A DNA stretch of 32,000 nt from Promethearchaeum syntrophicum. GTDB taxonomy: Archaea > Asgardarchaeota > Lokiarchaeia > Sigyniarchaeales > Promethearchaeaceae. Position 1 is the stretch's first letter. Every line of letters begins with the position of its first letter. Position numbers and translations under genes: made by a program. Below, piece by piece: positions 23,773-31,469 of this stretch. A model generated the notes under the pieces. The model saw nothing but the letters and a program-made list of their open reading frames with translations, searched no databases and was not told the origin of the DNA. The stretch spans positions 2,130,001 through 2,162,000 of the forward strand of contig NZ_CP042905.2 of assembly GCF_008000775.2 (NCBI RefSeq), written 5' to 3'.

Positions 23773-25863
23773 TTAATCATCTAAAACTGGCTTGATTTGT
23801 AGATATTCATTTACCAACGGTTTCGGTGTCCCTGTAGCTTTATTTAAATCAGATATTGCAAAGTTTAAATCCAATTTTTTTAGTGTTTCTTTTTTTGGAA
23901 CTCCATCTTTATTGTAACCCATGTTTTCATAGTAATCTTGAGCAATAACTTCTAGATCAATTGATTTCTTTTTTAGCGGTCCCTTTTTTTGGGGGGGTGA
24001 TCCAATAACCCGTTGGGGTATTTCGTGTCGGATTGCACCCTCACGTGCATTAAACATTTGTCGCAGTGTTTGAATTCGATGACCTGTTTCGAGTAACTCT
24101 CCAAGATCGATATTCCATCCCGTGAGTGCATTTATTACCTGAAGATAGGGAAACGTTCCCATATTTGCCGAAAAAAGGCATAACCCGTTGCATTCCAATG
24201 TTTGGTGAAATTTAGCTGTTTTTGCTTGTAAAGATCCCAATTCAGATGGACTTTTAGTTTTCATCTTTCCGAGTCCTTTCAAGAAATGCTTCCCTCCCAT
24301 CATTTCAAAATTAAGAGATGCAGCTGTATGCCTTCCGGGTGTGGGATCGGTAATATAAGTTACTCCCAACATCGGATCTAAACGAGGGTCATGCATAGGG
24401 ATCTCTTGCCCATTCGCATTCATTGCAAATGATTTGGAGTTCTTTATTTTTTCAGAAGCAATTTTAGTTCCATCAGCCAATTTATCTCCAATTCCTTCCC
24501 GATTAACCATAAGTTGTAATAAAGTTAATAAATTAGAATGGTCTTTCCAATTCGGAAAGAACCCTTGTGGATAATTCTTACATTTAAAATCTTCTTTTGT
24601 TAACAATCCTTGTTCACAACATTCGATAACAAATGCTACTGTATTTCCTGCAGAAATTGAGTCCATCCCTGATCGATTCAAAAATTCGTTCACTTTTAAA
24701 AGGAGATCTATATCATTATTAAGAATAAGTGCTCCAAAAGCGATACATGTTTCATATTCTGGACGGTGAGTTTCTTTTTCTTCATACGGAAGTTCGTTAT
24801 ATTCCAAAATGGCACCACAGCGGGCAGGGCAAGCGAAACAACCATACTGCTTCTTCATTCTTGCTCGTAAATTTTTTCCTCGCAATTTCATAGCTTTTTT
24901 CGGTGGATAATCAATATAGCCAATTCCTTTGAAATTCTTAATCGGGCTATCTCCATTTTGAGTTGATAAAACATTTACAGCAGGAGTCCCAAGTGCTGAA
25001 CTTGAAAACATTTGAGAGGTTATGATCTCCAATAATGGACCATCGAGTACATCATTTCTTAATTTCATTACACGCATAAATGGTGCTAACCCATCGAATG
25101 TGGTCATCAATTTAGTTAAGAGTCCTTTCTTAGCATTTTTTTTAAATTTGATTCCATATTTTTTTACATATTTCATAAGTTCTGCTTTATTATGATATTT
25201 CACACGTTTTTTTCCTCGAATGCAGAGAGCTTTTAATTTTTTGGATCCCATCACCGCTCCCAATCCACTTCGTCCAGCGATTCTACCGGAATCATTTACA
25301 ATCCCGGATATTAACGATAAGTTTTCGCCTGCCAGTCCAATAGAGGAAATTTTAAAATTTGGTCCGTGATTTTGTTTCAACATTTTTTCGGATTCAATAA
25401 TATCTTTTCCCCATAATTCTGAAGCGTCAAGAAGTTTCTTATCATCTCCATCGATAAACAGATATACGGGTTTTTTTGATATTCCCTTAAAAAATATTGC
25501 ATCATATCCTATTTTTTTAATCTCTGGTCCGAAGGTCCCTCCTGAATTAGCATTACCCCAACCTCCGCTGGATTTTTCCCCATTAGTTCGAATACCTTTA
25601 CCAGTTAAAGGGCTTTTTCCACAAATCATAAATCTACCAGAAAATTGGACTGGAGTTCCTGTTAATAACCCTGGACAGAATCCCAGAATATTATCTGGAC
25701 CTAAAGGATTGCAGTTGGGTAAAATGTGTTTATATATATAACTTATCCCTAATCCATATCCTCCATAATACTGGCGGTATATTTCATTAGGGATTACTTC
25801 ATCGGTTAAACTCAAATTGGTTAAATTTACAACTAAAATTTTTCCATGATATCCTAAATTCAT
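23773..25863 (-). CDS. aor: aldehyde:ferredoxin oxidoreductase family (tungstopterin/[4Fe-4S]) enzyme
   Basis: The N-terminus is AOR-like (KILVVNLTN...YGGYGLG). The [4Fe-4S] ligands are CFACPARC (C-x2-C-x3-C) plus a distal Cys in NGLCLF. RPEYET aligns with the catalytic Glu region (GPEYES) of P. furiosus AOR as I recall it. At 696 aa it is longer than the ~605-aa archetype, with insertions after the GSKKLKA strand. Confidence 0.85.
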   Translation of the reverse strand: MNLGYHGKILVVNLTNLSLTDEVIPNEIYRQYYGGYGLGISYIYKHILPNCNPLGPDNILGFCPGLLTGTPVQFSGRFMICGKSPLTGKGIRTNGEKSSGGWGNANSGGTFGPEIKKIGYDAIFFKGISKKPVYLFIDGDDKKLLDASELWGKDIIESEKMLKQNHGPNFKISSIGLAGENLSLISGIVNDSGRIAGRSGLGAVMGSKKLKALCIRGKKRVKYHNKAELMKYVKKYGIKFKKNAKKGLLTKLMTTFDGLAPFMRVMKLRNDVLDGPLLEIITSQMFSSSALGTPAVNVLSTQNGDSPIKNFKGIGYIDYPPKKAMKLRGKNLRARMKKQYGCFACPARCGAILEYNELPYEEKETHRPEYETCIAFGALILNNDIDLLLKVNEFLNRSGMDSISAGNTVAFVIECCEQGLLTKEDFKCKNYPQGFFPNWKDHSNLLTLLQLMVNREGIGDKLADGTKIASEKIKNSKSFAMNANGQEIPMHDPRLDPMLGVTYITDPTPGRHTAASLNFEMMGGKHFLKGLGKMKTKSPSELGSLQAKTAKFHQTLECNGLCLFSANMGTFPYLQVINALTGWNIDLGELLETGHRIQTLRQMFNAREGAIRHEIPQRVIGSPPQKKGPLKKKSIDLEVIAQDYYENMGYNKDGVPKKETLKKLDLNFAISDLNKATGTPKPLVNEYLQIKPVLDD

Positions 25864-25924
25864 TTATTTTTAATTCCTCAGATAATTGCATAAATCAAAA
25901 TTTAAAAATTTATTTTTATAATTT

Positions 25925-26683
25925 TCATTCAGAATCGAGTAGTTGTAATCCAGAAAGAACTCCATGACAATTACAAGTAGTACCAACTAGAATTTCTATT
26001 GGACAATTGTTCGAATTCCCATCTATGAAGGTAAAAAGTTTATCTAATCGGTTCTTTATCAGTTTTCCTTCAATACCACCGTACCCTGGTCCTATTTGAG
26101 TACTTTCAAAACCAAAATAATTGTTTTCTGAGAGTTCATGTTCTAAAAAATCTGAAACTGTAATAGGTTTTTTTCTTTTATGAAAGGGGCAATAATCTAA
26201 TGGACTTGGGCAATTTTCTGGACATTTTTCTTCCCAATCTGCATAGGAAAAATATATCTCTGGGTTATCAAATGAAAACACAAATAATTCATCAGGTTTT
26301 TTGAAGATAGATCGGGGTTTAACTGCAGTTAAATTGATATTTGGAAAATTTTTGTGAATAAAAACTTTAATTAATTCGAAAATTACATGTATTGGGGCAG
26401 TAGGAACAATGTAATTTGGATTTCTTATTTTCATTAGTTCATAAACAGTTTCTATAGTTCCTTCAATAAAAAAAAACATATTTTGCTTAAGTTCTGATTT
26501 AAAGATTATTCTATTTTGTAAAATTCTCTTTTGAGCTTCTTCAATTTTCATTTTAGGAAATTTATTGGCTAATAAGCAATTTGAATCATTATCAATTATG
26601 AACGAAAGGATTGGATAATCCATTGTTTTAATAAAATGGGAGCCAAATTTCCCCCCACCGAAAATAATATTGTAATCGGACAA
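25925..26683 (-). CDS. uncharacterised protein, N-terminal Rossmann-like GxGxxG plus C-terminal Cys cluster
   Basis: 252 aa. Only a TTG start (26683) precedes the N-terminal IIFGGGKFGSHF motif. Cys motifs are CPENCPSPLDYCPFH and TTCNCHG. It lies 27 bp downstream of meaB and 61 bp upstream of aor on the same strand. It vaguely resembles DUF166-type archaeal proteins, which I could not verify. Confidence 0.55.
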   Translation of the reverse strand: MSDYNIIFGGGKFGSHFIKTMDYPILSFIIDNDSNCLLANKFPKMKIEEAQKRILQNRIIFKSELKQNMFFFIEGTIETVYELMKIRNPNYIVPTAPIHVIFELIKVFIHKNFPNINLTAVKPRSIFKKPDELFVFSFDNPEIYFSYADWEEKCPENCPSPLDYCPFHKRKKPITVSDFLEHELSENNYFGFESTQIGPGYGGIEGKLIKNRLDKLFTFIDGNSNNCPIEILVGTTCNCHGVLSGLQLLDSE

Positions 26684-26710
26684 CTTTTTTTCCCGCTTTC
26701 AATCATTTTA

Positions 26711-27754
26711 TTAAGAGAAATACCTTTTTGAAAATAATTCTAAGATAATCTCAGAAATTGAGTATGGATCCGAACCAATTTTATACGAAAGGATTTGATC
26801 GATAAATTCATTGATTTTAGGATTTGAAAAAATTAGACGCTCAATATCTTTGTTCTGAAAATATTGAATTATATCAACTACGTAGTGTTTATAGCGATAT
26901 GTTAATCTCTGTTTCTTTAAACCAGAAGTTTTAGAAAATTTATGGTGAGTTTCGATAAGTCCGATTAGATTTGGAACATTTTCTCCTGTCAATGCATTTG
27001 TTTTAATTACAGGGGGACGCCATTTTTTTGATTTGATAATACGAATATTTTGATTATTTTGGTCAACCATTATATTTTCGGCAATGTCCAACATTGTTTC
27101 TAATTCGTTAACTCGTTTATCGGCACCATCTCTATCCATTTTGTTTACAACGAAAATATCAGTGATTTCTGTGATTCCCGCTTTGATTGCTTGAATTTCA
27201 TCACCCATCCCAGGAGGCATAATAACTAAAGTAGTATGCGCGCTTTTGAAAATATCAATCTCAGATTGGCCAACACCAACAGTTTCAACAATAATTATAT
27301 TACTTCCAAATGCGTCCAAAAGATGAATTGCTTCTTTTGTCGCCATTGCAAGACCGCCAAGTTTTCCGCGGTTGGCCATGGAACGAATGAAGAGATTCTT
27401 GTTAGTAAAATTTGACTTCATTCTAATCCTATCACCCAAGAGAGCACCTCCTGAAAAAGGCGATGTTGGATCAACTGCAATAATGCTTACTTTTAATCCT
27501 TTGTTTAAATATTCCGATGCAATTTGATTTGTTAAGGTTGATTTTCCTGAACCTGGAGACCCGGTGATTCCTATAATATATGATTTTCCCGTTTCTGGGT
27601 ATATTTCTTTAATTATTTGTTTAGAAACCTCGGGACCACCGTTTTCAACCTTAGTAATTAATCTTGCTACCGCCCGTCTATTCCCCTTTTTCATCTCTTT
27701 TATCAGATTTAATAACTCAGAATCATTTTCTGATGGTTTTTTTGATGATTCCAT
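26711..27754 (-). CDS. meaB: MeaB/ArgK G3E-family GTPase (acyl-CoA mutase metallochaperone)
   Basis: P-loop GITGSPGSGKSTL, then VETVGVGQSE and the NKxD-type VVNKMDR. The length and order of the motifs are typical of MeaB. Confidence 0.9.
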   Translation of the reverse strand: MESSKKPSENDSELLNLIKEMKKGNRRAVARLITKVENGGPEVSKQIIKEIYPETGKSYIIGITGSPGSGKSTLTNQIASEYLNKGLKVSIIAVDPTSPFSGGALLGDRIRMKSNFTNKNLFIRSMANRGKLGGLAMATKEAIHLLDAFGSNIIIVETVGVGQSEIDIFKSAHTTLVIMPPGMGDEIQAIKAGITEITDIFVVNKMDRDGADKRVNELETMLDIAENIMVDQNNQNIRIIKSKKWRPPVIKTNALTGENVPNLIGLIETHHKFSKTSGLKKQRLTYRYKHYVVDIIQYFQNKDIERLIFSNPKINEFIDQILSYKIGSDPYSISEIILELFSKRYFS

Positions 27755-27790
27755 TAATAAGCCTCGAATAGAATAATATAAAACTTAAGA

Positions 27791-28186
27791 TTACCGTTTT
27801 AGATTTGTTTTAATAAAGTCTACAATTTCTTGAATTTTAGTTCCTGGCCCAAATATTCCAGAAATACCTACTTCCTTCATTTTAACAACATCCTCATCTG
27901 GTATAATCCCTCCTCCCAGAACTAAAACATCGTCGGCTCCCTCTTCCTTAAGTTTCTTCATTATTTCTGGAAATAAGACAGGATGAGCTCCAGAGAGAAT
28001 CGAAAGTAATAATACGTCTGGATCTTCTTGGACTACAGACTGAACTATATCATCGGGGGTTTGGTGAAGTCCGGTATAAATTACTTCTAATCCCGCATCC
28101 CTTAAACCTCTGGATATTACCTTCGCCCCACGATCATGCCCATCTAACCCAGGTTTTGCAACAATGCATCGAATATTTTTTTCCAT
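27791..28186 (-). CDS. acyl-CoA mutase small subunit (cobalamin-binding domain)
   Basis: The base-off/His-on motif GLDGHDRGAKV (DxHxxG) is present, with the downstream LSILSGAH (SxL) and LGGGIIP (GG) motifs. Confidence 0.9.
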   Translation of the reverse strand: MEKNIRCIVAKPGLDGHDRGAKVISRGLRDAGLEVIYTGLHQTPDDIVQSVVQEDPDVLLLSILSGAHPVLFPEIMKKLKEEGADDVLVLGGGIIPDEDVVKMKEVGISGIFGPGTKIQEIVDFIKTNLKR

Positions 28187-28223
28187 TTTTAATTTTCACT
28201 TTTTTAATCTTGATTTGGATATC

Positions 28224-29939
28224 TTAAAAAATACTTTCTTCTCTATATACTCCGAAGACTTTCCTAAATACATCAATTATTTCTCCCACTGAACAATACG
28301 CTTTCACGGCTTCCAGAATATAAGGAATTAAATTTTCCGTCCCTTGAGCAATTTCCTTAATCTTTTCTAGACTTTTTTGGGCTAAAGCTTCATCTCGTTG
28401 AGCTTTAACGTTATTAAGATTTTCAATTTGTTCCTTTGAGACTTCTTCAGTAATTTTTATTAACTCAGGAGGTTCAATTGTCTTCCCTTCGAATTTATAT
28501 TTATTAACTCCTACTTGGATCTGTTCTTTTGCTTCTATTTCTCTTTGAAATTGGTAAGATGCATTGGCTATCTCGCGCTGATAAAAATTATTCTTGATAC
28601 CTACGAATGAACCCTTAAGGATGGATCCATTTCCCATTTCTTTTATCTTTGCAAAATAATTTTCACATTCTTCTTCCATTTTATTGGTAAGAGCTTCTAC
28701 GTAATAACTACCTCCAAGAGGATCTATAACATCTGCTGCTCCGGATTCTTCTGCTATTATTTGTTGAGTTCTTAGAGCGATTCTAACTGCCTCCTCTGAG
28801 GGGAGTGCCAGCGCTTCATCAAATGAATTTGAATGTAAAGATTGAGTTCCACCTAATACAGCTGCTAATGCTTGTAATGTAACACGGATAATATTGTTAT
28901 AAGGTTCTTGGGCTGTTAAGGATACTCCTGCTGTTTGAGTATGAAACCGTAAACGCCAAGATCTAGGATCGATTGCTTTATAATCTTCTCGTAAATGTTT
29001 TGCCCAAATGCGGCGTGCAGCCCTATATTTTGCAATTTCTTCAAAGAAATTATTATGTGCATTAAAGAAATGGGATAATCTGGGTGCAAAATGATCAACA
29101 TTTAATCCACGTTCAATTCCTGCTTCAACATATGCTAAACCATTTGCAAGTGTGAAAGCAAGTTCTTGAACTGCTGTTGATCCCGCTTCTCGAATGTGAT
29201 AACCAGAAATACTTATAGTGTTCCATTTGGGAACATTTTTTGTACAAAATTCAATTGTATCTACAATTAATCTCATTGAAGGTTCTGGTGGAAATATATA
29301 TGATTTTTGCGCTTGATATTCCTTAAGTATGTCATTTTGAATTGTTCCTGTTAATTTATCCATTGGGACTCCTTGTTTTTCACCAACTGCTAGGTACATA
29401 CATAACAATATTGATGCTGGGGCATTAATGGTCATTGACGTTGATATCTTTGATAGGTCTATACCATCGAAAAGCTGTTCCATGTCAGCTAAAGAATCAA
29501 TTGCGACTCCTTCCTTTCCCACTTCCCCAGCACTCATCGGACTTGAGCTTTCATAACCGTATAATGTTGGAAGATGAAAAGCAACGCTTAATCCTGTTTG
29601 ACCATTAGCTATTAAATATTTAAATCTACGATTGGTTTCTTTTGCATTTCCCAGTCCAGCAAATTGCCTCATTGTCCAAAAACGAGCACGATAACTGGTT
29701 GGTTGAGCTGCGCGAGTATATGGATATTCTCCCGGAAAACCAAGATCTTTGAGATAATCAAAGTTTTCTATATCTTCAGGAGTATATAAGGGATTTAATT
29801 TAATATTTGAAAGGTTTTTGAATACTCTTTTTCGTTCTGGAACTTTTTCAATGGATTTTTTTACAATATCATTTGTCCATCGCTCTTTTTCCTTTTTAAT
29901 CGATTCAATATCTTCTCGATTTTTCTCTGTCAATGTCAT
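28224..29939 (-). CDS. acyl-CoA mutase large (catalytic) subunit, methylmalonyl-CoA mutase family; substrate uncertain
   Basis: It aligns along its length with the MutB core as I recall it ([79 protein letters not shown]). The position of MutB Arg207 is Gln here ([13 protein letters not shown] versus [13 protein letters not shown]), while the Tyr89 equivalent is retained (PTSYRARFW). Confidence 0.85.
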   Translation of the reverse strand: [571 protein letters not shown]

Positions 29940-30006
29940 TTAATTCGCTCCTATTTTAAAAAAACGCGGTTGAATTATAAGTTTAATTGTAAGATTAATT
30001 TTCAAA

Positions 30007-30564
30007 TTAAAATTCAATTCCCGGACGTGCAAGGATTCCCTTTTGATACGGATGTTTAATTTCCTCAAGATGAATAACGTAATCTGCGATATCTTCCAGT
30101 TCTGGTATTCCTTGATGGCCTGTTATTATAACTTCAATTTCTGGATTTTTATCTCTTAAAATTCGTATAAAATTTTTTGTTTCCCACAAATTCAATTTAA
30201 TCATGGAACCAACTTCATCTAAAACTATTAAATCATATTTTTTGGAAGTTAGAACTTCTTTTACTTTATTTAGTGCATTTTTAGCCATTTCCATTTGACT
30301 GGCAATCTGTTTTTCAGATTTGATGAAATTAAATTCTCCAAATTGAATAATCGGAATGTTTAATTTTTCGGTTAATGTAATATATTCGCCATAGAAAAAA
30401 CCTTTCTGGGCAGTAGGATCATGTTTTTTTAAGAATTGTATGAGAATAGTCCGTAAATTTCTTCCTAATGCCCTAACAATATGTCCAAGCCCTATCGAAG
30501 TTTTACCACAACCCATACCAAAGTAGTAATGTATTAATCCAGTTTTGAATTGATTTTTAGACAT
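30007..30564 (-). CDS. cobA: cob(I)yrinic acid a,c-diamide / cob(I)alamin adenosyltransferase, CobA/CobO/BtuR type
   Basis: GLIHYYFGMGCGKTSIGLGHIVRALGRNLRTILIQFLK matches the CobA P-loop region (cf. G.GKGKTTAA.G..RA.G.G..V...QF.K). A Walker B-like LIVLDEV is also present. I prefer ATG 30564 (MSKNQF...). The 28-codon extension to 30648 in the ORF track is hydrophobic, atypical and overlaps the divergent ORF. Confidence 0.8.
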   Translation of the reverse strand: MSKNQFKTGLIHYYFGMGCGKTSIGLGHIVRALGRNLRTILIQFLKKHDPTAQKGFFYGEYITLTEKLNIPIIQFGEFNFIKSEKQIASQMEMAKNALNKVKEVLTSKKYDLIVLDEVGSMIKLNLWETKNFIRILRDKNPEIEVIITGHQGIPELEDIADYVIHLEEIKHPYQKGILARPGIEF

Positions 30565-30707
30565 TATTTTACATTTTGAAAGAATCTTTAAATCAATTTT
30601 GATCCTAATAATTAATATAAATATTGAATAACCCATCAAAGGTGTCAAAAATTCAAAAAAAAAGAGAAACGATAAAGAGCATTTTCCATCGCGAAATCGA
30701 AGAGGAT

Positions 30708-31466
30708 ATGAAGAAATATACCATAAATATTGATAAACCTGAATTTTTTAAAGAAAATGATATAATTCAATTACCTCCTCCAGTGCAAAGATATTTTAAA
30801 CATTGTGGATATATCGGAAAAGAAAAAATGGCAAATGCACAAATAAAATACGAAAGCGCCTACCTTAAAATGTCTAAAAAGCAAAAATGGATTAATATTC
30901 AATGTAGGCAATATAATTCTGTTCATGAACCCACCCGTATCATATATATGAAAAGCAAAATCCTAGGAATATTTAGGTTTGAAGGTCGTGATAAATATCA
31001 CAACGGGATAGGTAATATGTTAGTTAGGTTGTTAAAACGTTTCACAGTTGTAGATGCATTAGGAAAAGAAATGGATGCATCAGCATTAGTAACCGTACTA
31101 GCAGAAGTATTTTTGGTACCGAGTTACGCTTTGCAACCTTATGTTAAATGGCAATCAATCGATGATAATTCAGCTAGAGCAACTCTTACTTTTAATGAAA
31201 CTAAGGTTAGTGCAATGTTTCATTTTAATAGCATCGGGGAAATGACTAAAATTGATACAGATGACAGGTATTTCACAGAAAAAGATGGCACCTATGCAAA
31301 TGTAAAATGGTCTGCCTTAATGTCGGACTACATCGAAAAGGAGGGAATAAAATTCCCAAGCGAGTTCAAAGGAGTATGGCATTTTAATGATGGCGATTTT
31401 GAATATTTTAAGGGTAAAATTGCACAATTAAAATTCAATATTTCTTCCCATGAAATATTCAAATAA
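30708..31466 (+). CDS. conserved protein of unknown function (LPxPVQRY-motif family)
   Basis: QLPPPVQRYFKHCGYIGKE, FEGRDKYHNGIGNMLVRLL and VKWQSIDDNSARATL resemble a widespread DUF family (I recall DUF6544, unverified). The start is uncertain: ATG 30708 is given, with in-frame alternatives at TTG 30624 and GTG 30642. Confidence 0.55.
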   Translation: MKKYTINIDKPEFFKENDIIQLPPPVQRYFKHCGYIGKEKMANAQIKYESAYLKMSKKQKWINIQCRQYNSVHEPTRIIYMKSKILGIFRFEGRDKYHNGIGNMLVRLLKRFTVVDALGKEMDASALVTVLAEVFLVPSYALQPYVKWQSIDDNSARATLTFNETKVSAMFHFNSIGEMTKIDTDDRYFTEKDGTYANVKWSALMSDYIEKEGIKFPSEFKGVWHFNDGDFEYFKGKIAQLKFNISSHEIFK

Positions 31467-31469
31467 AAA

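Noticed and set aside
26711-29939. Locally higher GC in the mutase and meaB genes as a possible sign of horizontal transfer.
   Set aside because: The GC difference was judged by eye only. Highly conserved enzymes usually show less extreme AT bias, and codon choice still looks like that of the host (AAA, AAT, ATT). A computed GC and codon-usage comparison would be needed to support transfer.
29940-30006. Cobalamin riboswitch or another leader element upstream of the mutase genes. The region 30565-30707 upstream of cobA was also considered.
   Set aside because: The spacers are short and AT-rich, with no conserved B12-box-like GC-rich core or extended pairing visible. I know of no cobalamin riboswitch described in archaea.
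30565-30648. 28-codon N-terminal extension of the cobA ORF (MTPLMGYSIFILIIRIKIDLKILSKCKI).
   Set aside because: CobA-type adenosyltransferases begin shortly before the P-loop. The extension is hydrophobic and non-homologous, and it would overlap the divergent ORF and consume the promoter spacer. ATG 30564 is preferred.
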